Shown piece by piece: positions 25,817 through 35,436 of a stretch of DNA of 40,792 nucleotides (its first letter is position 1; every line of letters starts with the position of its first letter). The notes beneath the pieces are model-generated. The model was not told the origin of the DNA and ran no database searches. It saw only the letters and a program-made list of their open reading frames with translations. The stretch comes from an uncultured Muribaculaceae bacterium (GTDB lineage: Bacteria; Bacillota_I; Bacilli_A; RF39; UBA660), in assembly GCA_964389735.1 (NCBI GenBank), contig CAYMEJ010000003.1:1-40792 (forward strand), read 5' to 3'. Position numbers and translations under genes: made by a program.

Positions 25817-26398
25817 ATGAGTGAAATAGTAGATACATTTGTAACAACAGTAGTTTCTAATCTAACAACGATAGGACCTATTGGAGGGATTATATTAATA
25901 TTATTAGAATCAATAATACCAGTATTACCTTTATCTGTATTTATAACTTTAAATATAGTTAGTTATGGTAATATAGTAGGATTCTTAATTTCTTGGATTT
26001 CAACTATTGTTGGATGTACTTGTTCTTTTTATTTATTTAGATATTTCTTTAGCAAAAAATTATATAGATTTATTAAAAGTAAAGATAGTGAAAAATTAGA
26101 TAGTTTAATGAAGTCAATAAGTAATATTAGTTTTAGTAATTTAGTAATATTAATGGCAATACCATTTACTCCTGCTTTTTTAGTAAATATTGCTTCAGGA
26201 TTATCAAAAATAAAATATAAAAAGTTTTTCTTTTCTTTAGTAATAGGAAAAGCTGCGATGACTTATTTTTGGGGATATGTTGGTACTACTTTATTAGAAA
26301 GTATTACAGATATAGATGTTTTAATAAAATTAGCAATAATAATGGCAGCCACTTTTTTTGCATCTAAATTATTTGAAAAAAGAATGCATATAAAATAG
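25817..26398 (+). CDS. TVP38/TMEM64 (DedA/SNARE-associated, VTT-domain) family membrane protein.
   Basis: 193 aa and polytopic. LLESIIPVLPLSVFITLN...FLISWISTIVGCTCSFYLFRYFF...PFTPAFLVNIASGLSKIKYKKFF. Confidence 0.7.
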   Translation: MSEIVDTFVTTVVSNLTTIGPIGGIILILLESIIPVLPLSVFITLNIVSYGNIVGFLISWISTIVGCTCSFYLFRYFFSKKLYRFIKSKDSEKLDSLMKSISNISFSNLVILMAIPFTPAFLVNIASGLSKIKYKKFFFSLVIGKAAMTYFWGYVGTTLLESITDIDVLIKLAIIMAATFFASKLFEKRMHIK

Positions 26399-26406
26399 GA
26401 GGAAGT

Positions 26407-27513
26407 ATGGAATATATAATAGTAGTAATAGGAATTATTAATTTAGTTATATTAATTTTACTTTTAACTAAGAAGAATGATAATAGTGATATGACTGAGA
26501 GATTAGGTAGATTTGAAGTTAATATTAATAAAGATATCAATGATTTTAAATCAAATCTTACAAAAGACATTAATAATGATTTTAGTAATTTAAATGAAAA
26601 AATTGAAACTAGATTAAATGTGATAAATGATCGTGTTAATGAAAGACTTGATCAAAATTTTGAAAAGACTAATAAAACTTTTACTTCTGTGTTAGAAAGA
26701 TTGAGTAAAATTGATGAAGCACAAAAGAAAATAGAAACATTATCTAGTGATATTGTTTCACTTCAAAGTATTCTTACTGATAAAAAAAGTAGAGGAATAT
26801 TTGGAGAAGTTAATTTAAAACATATTTTAGTTAGTGTATTTGGTGAGAACAATGATAGTATATATAAATTGCAATGTACTTTACCAAATGGTACAATAGC
26901 AGATTCAGTTTTATATGCACCTGATCCTTTAGGTACAATAGCAATAGATTCTAAATTTCCTTTAGAAAATTATAGAATGATGGTTGATAAAAATAATGAT
27001 AAAACTGAAAGAGGAATGTATGAAAAAAAATTTAAAGTTGATGTAAAAAAACATATTGACGCTATAGCTAGTAAATATATTATTGATGGTGTAACTAGTG
27101 ATCAAGCAATTATGTTTTTACCAGCAGAAGCAATATTTGCAGAACTTAATGCATATCATAGTGATATTATTGAATACTCATATAAGAAAAAAGTTTGGAT
27201 TTGTTCTCCAACAACTTTGATTTCTACCTTAACGGTAGTGCAAATGGTAATTAAAAATATTGAAAGAGATAAATATACTTCTATAATACATGAAGAGTTA
27301 AATAAATTGGGAATTGAATTTTCTAGATATAAAGATAGATGGGATAAACTTGCTAAAAGTATTCAAACAGTTAATAAAGATGTTGAAAGTGTACATATTA
27401 CAACTGAAAAAATTGCTAGTAAATTTAATATAATTAATCAAGTAGAAGTAGAAAAACTTGGAAATGTTGATATAATAGAAATTCCTGAGGAAAAAGATGA
27501 AAATACATTTTAA
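26407..27513 (+). CDS. rmuC: DNA recombination protein RmuC.
   Basis: N-terminal TM segment, a coiled-coil region, then KKSRGIFGEVNLKHIL...IAIDSKFPLENY...AIMFLPAEAIFAE. RBS is AGGAGG. Confidence 0.85.
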   Translation: MEYIIVVIGIINLVILILLLTKKNDNSDMTERLGRFEVNINKDINDFKSNLTKDINNDFSNLNEKIETRLNVINDRVNERLDQNFEKTNKTFTSVLERLSKIDEAQKKIETLSSDIVSLQSILTDKKSRGIFGEVNLKHILVSVFGENNDSIYKLQCTLPNGTIADSVLYAPDPLGTIAIDSKFPLENYRMMVDKNNDKTERGMYEKKFKVDVKKHIDAIASKYIIDGVTSDQAIMFLPAEAIFAELNAYHSDIIEYSYKKKVWICSPTTLISTLTVVQMVIKNIERDKYTSIIHEELNKLGIEFSRYKDRWDKLAKSIQTVNKDVESVHITTEKIASKFNIINQVEVEKLGNVDIIEIPEEKDENTF

Positions 27514-27568
27514 AAATTAATTAAATGTAATATTATATAATTTATAGTATAGAGTAGTGGAGGTAATA

Positions 27569-27784
27569 ATGAAAAAAATAGATAAAAGACTTTTAGTAGC
27601 ATTAATGATTTTAGTAATTTTAGAATTTATTTTTATTCCAATATTAATATTATCTGGAATAAAAAAGATTTTACCAATAGTAGCATTTATATTAATTCCG
27701 GTTATATTATCAGGATTAATATTTATGTTTAGTAGAAGTTCAATGATAGATACTGAAAAGAAAAAACAAGAGATTAACAAATAA
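27569..27784 (+). CDS. Small membrane protein (71 aa), function unknown.
   Basis: GGAGG lies 6 nt upstream of the ATG at 27569. The protein has two hydrophobic helices, and a hairpin terminator spans its stop codon. It is preferred over the antisense ORF at 27517-27840. Confidence 0.5.
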   Translation: MKKIDKRLLVALMILVILEFIFIPILILSGIKKILPIVAFILIPVILSGLIFMFSRSSMIDTEKKKQEINK

Positions 27785-27795
27785 TCTCTTTTTTT
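27770..27795 (+). terminator. Rho-independent terminator.
   Basis: GAGATTA (27770-27776), an ACAAA loop, TAATCTC (27782-27788), then TTTTTTT. Confidence 0.6.
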
Positions 27796-27827
27796 GTATA
27801 AAAAAAATAAAAAAAATAATACTATTA

Positions 27828-28088
27828 ATGGAATTATCAAAGTATATTATTATAGGTGATAAGGTGTCCTATCGTATTATGTTTTTTTTATTAGGATTTG
27901 GATTAATGGTAATTGGCTTTACTTATATAGTTACTTATTTAAACCTACTTACGATGGGTTTTTCTTTTATTAATTATATCAAGTTTATTTTTACAAGGAT
28001 AGAATGTTTATTTGGTATTATTGGATTTATTATTGTTACAATTACAATATTTACAAAGGATGGTGATAATTTTGATATATGTATATGA
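27828..28088 (+). CDS. Small polytopic membrane protein, function unknown; start uncertain (27828, 27864 or 27879).
   Basis: The ORF is hydrophobic (FFLLGFGLMVIGFTYIVTYLNLL...FGIIGFIIVTITIF). AGGTGA lies at 27854-27859. Confidence 0.4.
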   Translation: MELSKYIIIGDKVSYRIMFFLLGFGLMVIGFTYIVTYLNLLTMGFSFINYIKFIFTRIECLFGIIGFIIVTITIFTKDGDNFDICI

Positions 28089-28728
28089 TTTATTAGTTAA
28101 TTTTCAAGATGGAGTAAAACTATATGATTTTTATGAGTGGAATAGCAATGATCAAATTGAACACATAAAAAAAATGTGTTTAGTAAAGATTAATACTAAT
28201 CAGATGAGTGATATATTAAAGTATAATATAAAAATAGAAAAAACTTTTTTGGAATCTATTGATTCTAAGACAGAGGTTTTCAAAGGAAATAAAATTGCTA
28301 TCATTCCTTATGCTTGTTTATTTACAGATGGTAATAGAGTAGTTGCAATAGAATTTTTTGATGATGGTGTTTCTGTTTATAAAAGTAAATTAATAATAGA
28401 AGAAGAGGAAGATATATTAAGCTTGGCTGATAGAATCAATTTCTATGATTTTAAGTATAAGAAATTAACAACTAATCAAAGCAATATATTTTTAACTAGA
28501 AAGGAAATATATATAAAGAATTTTTTGGTTAGGGAAATAAATAATTGTTATAAAAATGAAATGTATTCAAAATTAAATTATTTATATTCAGAATATTTTA
28601 ATGAAAATAGTAATGATATAAGTAAGGATTATATTAAACTAGTAAATTCTATGAATATTATGCTTAATGAAAACCATTTTAGATTATATTCTATACTTAG
28701 AATGAGCAATAAAAAAAAGCAAGTTTAA
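28060..28728 (+). CDS. yjbA: UPF0736/YjbA-like (DUF3603) protein.
   Basis: IYVYDLLVNFQDGVKLYDFYEWNSNDQIEHIKK...CLFTDGNRVVAIEFFDDGVSVYKSKLI parallels, from memory, B. subtilis YjbA ([28 protein letters not shown]...VVTDGKGIIAID...RKSRLI). The gene is convergent with trpS, as in Bacillus. The start is taken at the ATG at 28060. Confidence 0.55.
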   Translation: MVIILIYVYDLLVNFQDGVKLYDFYEWNSNDQIEHIKKMCLVKINTNQMSDILKYNIKIEKTFLESIDSKTEVFKGNKIAIIPYACLFTDGNRVVAIEFFDDGVSVYKSKLIIEEEEDILSLADRINFYDFKYKKLTTNQSNIFLTRKEIYIKNFLVREINNCYKNEMYSKLNYLYSEYFNENSNDISKDYIKLVNSMNIMLNENHFRLYSILRMSNKKKQV

Positions 28729-28729
28729 A

Positions 28730-29743
28730 TTATTCAAAATAATCTAATTTCATGCTTTTTCTTGTTCTTTTCATAACTTCTTTAGCTCTTTTTCTAGCTG
28801 CTTCAGTTCCATCTTTTAATATTTGTTCAACTTCTTTTGGATGTTCTTCATAGTATTTTCTTTTTTCTTGTATAGGTTTTAAAAATTCACTTAATTTTTC
28901 TATTAATTCTTTTTTACATTGAACGCATCCTCGTTCACCTTTTTTACATTCTGTGCAAACAGTTTTAATTTTAGGATTTTCTATTAATTTATGATAGTAG
29001 TAAACCATACATTTATTAGGGTTTGCTGGGTCATCTTTTTTTATTTTGTTTGTATCAGTAACTGCACTCATTACTTTTTTTGCTATTTCTTCATTTGAAT
29101 CTGATAAATAAATTGCATTACCTAAACTTTTACTCATTTTAGCGTTTCCATCTAATCCTTTGATTCTAGGATTTTGTGATAAAAATGCTTCAGGTTCTTT
29201 ATATGTAGTTCCGTATATAGTATTAAATTTTCTAACTATTTCTCTTGTTTGTTCAATATGTGGAAGTTGATCATCTCCAACAGGAACTAAATCACCATCA
29301 AGTGCTGCAATATCTGCTGCTTGGCTTACAGGATATCCTAAGAAGCCATATGTTATGTTATTTCCATTTGTACCAAATAAATTGCTTTTTTGTCCAATTT
29401 CTGCTTTAGTTGTTGGGTTTCTATATAATCTAGAAACAGTAACTAAATTAGAAAAGTATACTGTTAATTCTGCAACTTCTGGAATGTAAGATTGAATATA
29501 TATATGAGAATGATTTGGATCTATTCCAGCCGCTAAATAATCAAGCGCTAATTCTCTTACATTTTTTCTAACCTTATCAGGATTGTCAAAGTTATCTGTT
29601 AATGCTTGTACATCTGCTATTAAAATAAATGTATCATAATCATATTGAAGTTTAACTCTATTTTGTAGAGAACCAAAATAATGTCCTAAATGTAATTTAC
29701 CTGATGGTCTATCACCAGTAATAATTGTTTTCATATTAATCAC
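28730..29743 (-). CDS. trpS: Tryptophan--tRNA ligase.
   Basis: The HIGH-type motif is SGKLHLGHYFG and the KMSKS motif is AKMSKSLGN. The length is 337 aa. The C-terminal motif GCVQCKKELIE is present. Confidence 0.93.
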   Translation of the reverse strand: MINMKTIITGDRPSGKLHLGHYFGSLQNRVKLQYDYDTFILIADVQALTDNFDNPDKVRKNVRELALDYLAAGIDPNHSHIYIQSYIPEVAELTVYFSNLVTVSRLYRNPTTKAEIGQKSNLFGTNGNNITYGFLGYPVSQAADIAALDGDLVPVGDDQLPHIEQTREIVRKFNTIYGTTYKEPEAFLSQNPRIKGLDGNAKMSKSLGNAIYLSDSNEEIAKKVMSAVTDTNKIKKDDPANPNKCMVYYYHKLIENPKIKTVCTECKKGERGCVQCKKELIEKLSEFLKPIQEKRKYYEEHPKEVEQILKDGTEAARKRAKEVMKRTRKSMKLDYFE

Positions 29744-29853
29744 CTATGTTTATTTTATCATTTTTTTTGAATCATTAATAGTAGTTATTTAAAATAAAAA
29801 AAATAAGTATATTTTTTAAAATTTGTTGAAAGATATTAGTAAAGGAGGAAAAT

Positions 29854-30393
29854 ATGAAAAAAATATTATTAGTTGTTGCATTAATATTTTTATTAGTTGG
29901 ATGTACTGATATGATGAATACTCCAACAAAAAAGGTAGAAGAGTTTTTAAATAAATATCAAACTTTACATGATGATGTTCTTAGTCAATTGGATTCAACT
30001 TTAGAAAAAGATACTTCAATGTCAGATATACAAAAGAAGGATTATAAGGAATTAATGAAAAATCAATATAAGAATTTAATGTATAAGATAAAAGATGAAA
30101 CAATAGATGGAGATAATGCAACTGTAGAAGTTGAAATAGAGGTATATGATTATAATAAATCTATAAAAGATTCTGAAAAATATTTGACTGATAACAATGA
30201 TAAATTTGTTGATGAAAATGGTAATTTAAAAGATGAAAAATTTGTTGATTATAAACTTGAACAATTGAAGAAGGTTAAAGATAAAGTTACATATACACTT
30301 GCATTAACTTTGACAAAAGTTGATGATAAATGGAAAATGGATGATATTACAGAAACAGATAGACAAAAAATTCATGGAATATATGATTATTAA
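29854..30393 (+). CDS. Lipoprotein, function unknown.
   Basis: RBS AAGGAGG. The lipobox is MKKILLVVALIFLLVG|C. The mature part is K/D/E-rich. Confidence 0.7.
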   Translation: MKKILLVVALIFLLVGCTDMMNTPTKKVEEFLNKYQTLHDDVLSQLDSTLEKDTSMSDIQKKDYKELMKNQYKNLMYKIKDETIDGDNATVEVEIEVYDYNKSIKDSEKYLTDNNDKFVDENGNLKDEKFVDYKLEQLKKVKDKVTYTLALTLTKVDDKWKMDDITETDRQKIHGIYDY

Positions 30394-30416
30394 AATTACA
30401 TTAGTGTAATTTTTTT
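30393..30416 (+). terminator. Rho-independent terminator.
   Basis: AAATTACA (30393-30400), a TTAG loop, TGTAATTT (30405-30412), then a T-run. Confidence 0.6.
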
Positions 30417-30471
30417 AATGACATAATTAGTCGTATTATGATATAATTTATATAGAATAGAGGTGCGTGTA

Positions 30472-31401
30472 ATGAAGTGTATCAAATGTGGCAAAACTAT
30501 TTCAAAAAACAGTAAAGTCTGCAAATGGTGCAATTCTACGCAAAAAAACAAGAAAAAAATAATTACTATGGTTTTGACTTTAATAATTATTTTTATTTTA
30601 TTAGGTACTGCTACAATATGTTATTTTACAATTGATTTTTTAAATGCAAAAGAAATAATGACAGAAATTAAATTAAATGATGACAGTATCCCATCTCTTT
30701 ATTCTGTAATAGGTAGAAAGAATATTAGATCTTATAGTAAATCTTTTGATAGTAATGAAGTTATTATTACTTATGACAAGAAAAATATAACAGAAAAAGA
30801 ATTAGATAAGTATTTTACTAGATTAGAATCATTAGATTTTAATAGCAATAATAGATTGGCAGAAGTTAATTTTACTAAGATATCTTATGTTACTAATAGA
30901 AAACTTAATGTAAATTTAACTATTGAAAGAAATAGATATAAATTTAAATATGAATCGCTTTTAATTAAAACAACAGGTGATGATGAAATACAAAATATTC
31001 AGACTAAAGTTAATCCATTGTTAGATGAAAATGAAGTGGTTGATGAAAATACAAAAAAAGAAATAGAAATAATAGATTTTGATAAATATAAGGAATTATA
31101 TTCTAGTAATAAATTAACTACTATATTGTTGATTAGAAATGTATGTGAGTGGTGTGATTATGTAAAACCAATATTGGAACATGTGGCTTATATTTATGAT
31201 TTAGATGTTAAGTATTTAGATATTTCTAAATTAAGTGATGAGCAATATATTGAATTATTGGGCCAAAGTAAGGATTTGTTAGGTACTAATGCACCTGTAT
31301 TTATATATGTAAGAAATAATAAAATAATTGCAGTAGATGAAGGGGCAAAAGGAACTGATGATTTAGTTTCAATGTTTAGGAATAGAAAAGTTATTAGGTA
31401 G
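30472..31401 (+). CDS. Membrane-anchored zinc-ribbon / thioredoxin-fold protein.
   Basis: The N-terminus is MKCIKCGKTISKNSKVCKWCNS (a CxxC...CxxC zinc ribbon), followed by a TM segment. The C-terminal thioredoxin-like block is LLIRNVCEWCDYVKPIL...APVFIYVRNNKIIAV. The start is the ATG at 30472, after AGAGGTG. Confidence 0.6.
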   Translation: MKCIKCGKTISKNSKVCKWCNSTQKNKKKIITMVLTLIIIFILLGTATICYFTIDFLNAKEIMTEIKLNDDSIPSLYSVIGRKNIRSYSKSFDSNEVIITYDKKNITEKELDKYFTRLESLDFNSNNRLAEVNFTKISYVTNRKLNVNLTIERNRYKFKYESLLIKTTGDDEIQNIQTKVNPLLDENEVVDENTKKEIEIIDFDKYKELYSSNKLTTILLIRNVCEWCDYVKPILEHVAYIYDLDVKYLDISKLSDEQYIELLGQSKDLLGTNAPVFIYVRNNKIIAVDEGAKGTDDLVSMFRNRKVIR

Positions 31402-31415
31402 GATGGTGAATCAAC

Positions 31416-32408
31416 ATGAGAATAAATAATATGGACACAAGAGATAAAAGAATAGAATTTTCGGAAGAGTTTAAGAAAAATAAAAATAAGCTAGTAAAAA
31501 AAATGGCATTTTTGGGAACTTTAACTTTTGTAAGTGTTGCATCATTATTAATGCTTAATAAAAAAGATGTTTATGCAGAAGAGATACCTGAAATAGAAGT
31601 TTTGGAAGAGCCTCCAATAATAACAGTTATAAACCAAAAAGTTGAGGTTGAGCCAGGAGTTTTTATTGAAATAGAAATACCTGAAGGGTATGGAGAAAAT
31701 TATAATGAAGAAAGTATGATAACATTAGAAGATAATTTGACTGTTGCAGAATTAATTGATGAATATTCACAAATATATAATGTTGATTCTTCACTTTTAT
31801 ATCAAAGAGCAAAGGAAATAACTAATGGGTTTTCGACACCTGAGTTTGTTAATCATAATTTAATAAAAGGTACTACTGCAGCAAGGCAAGAGAGAAGTTT
31901 TGAAAGTTTAAAAGCAGGTATTTTGTGCTATGTACGTTCTGTTGCGAAAAATCCTGAAATTTTTGGATTTGATAAGGATGAAATCTCAACTGGTGGTAGT
32001 TATAAGTTTAATGGATGTTATGAAGAAATGGTAGAAAAGTACTGTAATATTTTAGGATATAATCCAGAAGTTATAGTAGGTATTGCATATACAGAATGTG
32101 GTGAAGGATTGGATAGTTTAGCTTTTAGAGAAAAAAACAATTCATCCGGTACTATGATAGGTGGTACAATTACAGAATTTGATTCACTCGATGATGGTGT
32201 AATATTTACAATATTAAATTTAAAATATAATTATGCTGATTTTAATCAATTAGGAATAGAGGGATTTGCAAATAGAATGGGTCCTAAATATTGTACTGAG
32301 GGAACTGATAATTGGAAGAAGAATTTTAAAAATTTTACTGCCAAGGCTACGGATAATTTATATTATAATGCTCATTATGTTGAGGAAGGAATTTCTAGAA
32401 ATATTTAA
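31416..32408 (+). CDS. Membrane-anchored protein with a possible glucosaminidase-like (peptidoglycan hydrolase) domain.
   Basis: One TM segment (MAFLGTLTFVSVASLLML). The block VGIAYTECGEGLDSLAFREKNNSSGTM loosely resembles the LESGwG...LA...NNlFG motif of glucosaminidases. This is a weak call. Confidence 0.35.
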   Translation: MRINNMDTRDKRIEFSEEFKKNKNKLVKKMAFLGTLTFVSVASLLMLNKKDVYAEEIPEIEVLEEPPIITVINQKVEVEPGVFIEIEIPEGYGENYNEESMITLEDNLTVAELIDEYSQIYNVDSSLLYQRAKEITNGFSTPEFVNHNLIKGTTAARQERSFESLKAGILCYVRSVAKNPEIFGFDKDEISTGGSYKFNGCYEEMVEKYCNILGYNPEVIVGIAYTECGEGLDSLAFREKNNSSGTMIGGTITEFDSLDDGVIFTILNLKYNYADFNQLGIEGFANRMGPKYCTEGTDNWKKNFKNFTAKATDNLYYNAHYVEEGISRNI

Positions 32409-32409
32409 G

Positions 32410-32433
32410 ACTATCTTTTAAGATAGTTTTTTT
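32410..32433 (+). terminator. Rho-independent terminator.
   Basis: ACTATCTT / AAGATAGT inverted repeat (32410-32427) followed by TTTTTT. Confidence 0.6.
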
Positions 32434-32478
32434 ATTAATTAAAAAAAATCTTCGTCATATTATTATATAGGTGATAAT

Positions 32479-33543
32479 ATGAAAAAAATAATATTGATTT
32501 TGCTTTTATTTTTTTTCCCAACTAATGTATTTTCTTTAAATATAAGTGCTAGAAGCGCAATATTGATGGATACAGATAGTAATAGGGTTTTATTTCAAAA
32601 AAATATTAATGATAAAAAATTAATTGCTAGTATAACTAAGATAATGACCTGTATTATTGCCATTGAAAAAGGAAATTTAGATAAAGAAATAGTTGTTGGT
32701 GAAGAGGTTTTAAAAATGTATGGTTCAAATATATATTTAGAATTAGGTGAGAAGATAAAATTAAAAGATTTACTATATGGACTTATGCTTAGAAGTGGAA
32801 ATGATGCTGCTATTGTTGTTGCAATTAATGTAGGTAAAACTGAAGAAAATTTTGTAAAGATGATGAATAGCAAAGCAAAAGAACTTGGGATGAATGATAC
32901 GATTTTTAGTAATCCTCATGGTTTGGATGATACTACTAAAAATTATTCAACTGCATATGATATGGCATTATTATCAAGTTATGTTTCTAAAAATGATATA
33001 TATATGGAAATAACTGGAACAAAAAAATATAAATTAGCAACTGCAAATAAAAGTTATTTATGGAATAATAGAAATTTATTGTTGAAAAAATATAAATATG
33101 CTATAAGTGGTAAAAATGGATACACGCCAAGCGCTGGTAGGACATTAGTTACAGTTGCAAAGAAAGATAATTTAGCTTTAACTGCTATTACTTTAAATGA
33201 TGGAAATGAATATATAACACATGAAACTTTATATGAGTATGGGTTTGATAATTATAATAATTATATTATTTTAGATAAGAGTAAATTTAAAATAGACGAT
33301 GGTTTTTTAAAAAATCAAGTATATATAAAAAATAATTTTAGTTATCCTTTAACTGATTCTGAAAAAGATAATATAAAGGTTTTACTAAAAATAGAAAAAA
33401 CAAAAAACATTTTAAATAATGATAGAGTAGGGATAGTTATAGTAAAATTAAATAATAAAGAAATACATTCACAAAATATTTATGCAAAAACTATAAAAAA
33501 GAAAACTAATATATTTTCTTATATAAAATCATTATTTAAATAA
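32479..33543 (+). CDS. D-alanyl-D-alanine carboxypeptidase (S11 family, low-molecular-weight PBP; DacB-like by position next to rluB).
   Basis: A signal peptide is present. The SxxK motif is ASITKIMT, the SxN motif RSGNDAA and the KTG-like motif GKNGYT. Confidence 0.9.
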   Translation: MKKIILILLLFFFPTNVFSLNISARSAILMDTDSNRVLFQKNINDKKLIASITKIMTCIIAIEKGNLDKEIVVGEEVLKMYGSNIYLELGEKIKLKDLLYGLMLRSGNDAAIVVAINVGKTEENFVKMMNSKAKELGMNDTIFSNPHGLDDTTKNYSTAYDMALLSSYVSKNDIYMEITGTKKYKLATANKSYLWNNRNLLLKKYKYAISGKNGYTPSAGRTLVTVAKKDNLALTAITLNDGNEYITHETLYEYGFDNYNNYIILDKSKFKIDDGFLKNQVYIKNNFSYPLTDSEKDNIKVLLKIEKTKNILNNDRVGIVIVKLNNKEIHSQNIYAKTIKKKTNIFSYIKSLFK

Positions 33544-33592
33544 AGATGGACTTTTTATTAAAATTCCTGTATAATTAGCGCAGGTGATAAGT

Positions 33593-34321
33593 ATGGAACG
33601 TTTACAAAAAGTAATAGCATCTTCAGGAATAACTTCTAGAAGAAAAGCAGAAGAATTAATTGTTAGTGGAAAAGTAAAAGTTGACGGAAAAGTAGTTACT
33701 GAATTAGGAACTAAGGTTACAACAAAAAATGTTATAGAAGTAAATAATACAATAATAAGCAATGAACAAAAAGTATATTTTTTATTAAATAAACCTCGTG
33801 GAGTTGTAACTACTACTAGTGATGATAAGCATAGAAAAACTGTATGTGATTTAATAAATACAAATGCTAGGATTTATCCTGTTGGTAGATTAGATTATGA
33901 TACTACTGGAATTTTAATTTTAACAAATGATGGTGAATTTGCAAATAATTTAATGCATCCATCTAATGAAATAGAAAAAACATATATTGCAAAGGTAAAG
34001 GGAATAGTTACTCCTGAGAAATTGATGATGTTAAAACAAGGTGTAGTATTAGACGATGGTATTAAAACTCAACCTGCTAAAGTTAAACTTAGAAAGAAGG
34101 ATTCTTTGGGAATATCTATGATTGAAGTTGTAATACATGAAGGAAAAAATCATCAGGTAAAAAGAATGTTTGAAGCTGTTGAATTAGAAGTTTTGAAATT
34201 AAAAAGAGAAAAGATAGGTTTTTTAAATTTAAATGGTTTAAATTCAGGTGAATATAGAGAATTAAATACTAAAGAAATCAGACAATTATATGATTTATCT
34301 CAAAATAAAAAAAGTAAGTAA
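33593..34321 (+). CDS. rluB: 23S rRNA pseudouridine synthase, RluB/RsuA family.
   Basis: MERLQKVIASSGITSRRKAEELI (S4 domain), then the catalytic block VGRLDYDTTGILILTNDGE, then GKNHQVKRMFEAV. The start is the ATG at 33593, after AGGTGA. Confidence 0.9.
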   Translation: MERLQKVIASSGITSRRKAEELIVSGKVKVDGKVVTELGTKVTTKNVIEVNNTIISNEQKVYFLLNKPRGVVTTTSDDKHRKTVCDLINTNARIYPVGRLDYDTTGILILTNDGEFANNLMHPSNEIEKTYIAKVKGIVTPEKLMMLKQGVVLDDGIKTQPAKVKLRKKDSLGISMIEVVIHEGKNHQVKRMFEAVELEVLKLKREKIGFLNLNGLNSGEYRELNTKEIRQLYDLSQNKKSK

Positions 34322-34337
34322 TACTTACTTTTTATTT
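34305..34337. terminator. Bidirectional hairpin terminator between convergent genes.
   Basis: An A-run, AGTAAGT (34313-34319), an AAT loop, ACTTACT (34323-34329), then a T-run. It overlaps both stop codons. Confidence 0.55.
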
Positions 34338-35093
34338 TGTTTTTTGAATATTTTCTATTGTTGCTGGCATCTCTTTAATTTTATTTCCGTCTAACTCATA
34401 ATTATTAGTTGTTACACTTGCCATTTGTTTTAATAAATTTTCTGCTATTGTTGTAAATTCATCATATTTAGTTGTGCTATCATAACTACCGTTTCTTTTA
34501 CATTGTTTCAATGAATTTGTTTTTGTATGTAAATCCATTAATGATTTTGGAATATTAGCTTGGCTAATATTTTTTGATTCATTATCGTTTTTTATAGTTA
34601 TTACTAATTCAGAGCCTGCATCAAATTGAATATTTTCAAATGCATAATTTTCATTACTTGTTGAATAATTTACTTCATGTTTCATTAGTAAATCTGCTGT
34701 TTGTTCTAATTTTGGTGCATTTGCTACTAATTGTTGTTGAAGAAGAGTTTTTTCTTCATCGTTCTTAGCTTCTTTGATGGCAATTATTATATTTCTTATA
34801 TCTGTTACATTATTTAATAATGCCGCTTCTTCATCTTCCATGACAATATTAAGTTCTTCTTCAAGTGATGTGCTTAGCAATTCATTACTTATTGTCCATT
34901 CTGGAGAACAAACAATTTTACTTGCTTCAGCAGCTGGAGTTTTTCCACAACCAGTTAACATCAATGTAGCAATAGTAAGTGCTACAATTGCTTTACCGAT
35001 TCCAATTCCTTCTTTACTCTTTGATTTTGGTAAAGTATTAGAATTAAAAATTACTTGATCTATATTATCAATACTTTTATGATTTAGAGTCAT
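34332..35093 (-). CDS. Lipoprotein, function unknown.
   Basis: AAGGAGG lies 8 nt upstream of the ATG at 35093 (MTLNHKS...). The lipobox is ALTIATLMLTG|C. Confidence 0.6.
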   Translation of the reverse strand: MTLNHKSIDNIDQVIFNSNTLPKSKSKEGIGIGKAIVALTIATLMLTGCGKTPAAEASKIVCSPEWTISNELLSTSLEEELNIVMEDEEAALLNNVTDIRNIIIAIKEAKNDEEKTLLQQQLVANAPKLEQTADLLMKHEVNYSTSNENYAFENIQFDAGSELVITIKNDNESKNISQANIPKSLMDLHTKTNSLKQCKRNGSYDSTTKYDEFTTIAENLLKQMASVTTNNYELDGNKIKEMPATIENIQKTK

Positions 35094-35107
35094 TTGAAAT
35101 CCTCCTT

Positions 35108-35302
35108 TTATTCTTCTATTATTTCGATTGCTCCTACTGGACATCCTTCTGATGCATCTATTACATCTTCTTTACTTTCTTCATCAACGTTTTCAACTTT
35201 AGTAGTAGCATAACCATCATCTCCAAGTTCAAATACTTTATCAGCAATGACTTGGCATGCTCCACATCCTATACATATATCTTTATTAACTTTTGCTTTC
35301 AT
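35108..35302 (-). CDS. Small [4Fe-4S] ferredoxin.
   Basis: 64 aa. KDICIGCGACQ ... ASEGCPVGAIE is the classic single-cluster ferredoxin pattern. Confidence 0.9.
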   Translation of the reverse strand: MKAKVNKDICIGCGACQVIADKVFELGDDGYATTKVENVDEESKEDVIDASEGCPVGAIEIIEE

Positions 35303-35381
35303 ATTATTACTCCAATCTATATTAATATTATACGCAAAAAAAAATCAAATAACAATTATTAGCAATTAGTGTTTACATATA

Positions 35382-35411
35382 TTTACAAGAAAGGACTTTT
35401 TATGATATTAT
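35382..35411 (+). promoter_or_regulatory. Sigma-A-type promoter.
   Basis: TTTACA (35382-35387), an 18-nt spacer ending TGa, then TATTAT (35406-35411). It lies upstream of the 35437 CDS. Confidence 0.45.
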
Positions 35412-35436
35412 ATTTATATGGTAAGAGGGTGAAGTA

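Noticed and set aside
27517-27840. 107-aa minus-strand ORF competing with the small plus-strand ORF.
   Set aside because: The plus-strand ORF (27569-27784) has a GGAGG RBS at ideal spacing and a terminator spanning its stop codon. The minus-strand ORF has neither.
29744-29853. A T-box leader upstream of trpS (minus strand).
   Set aside because: Only about 110 nt separate trpS from the divergent lipoprotein gene, which is too short for a T-box riboswitch. I see no T-box consensus or terminator/antiterminator pair there.
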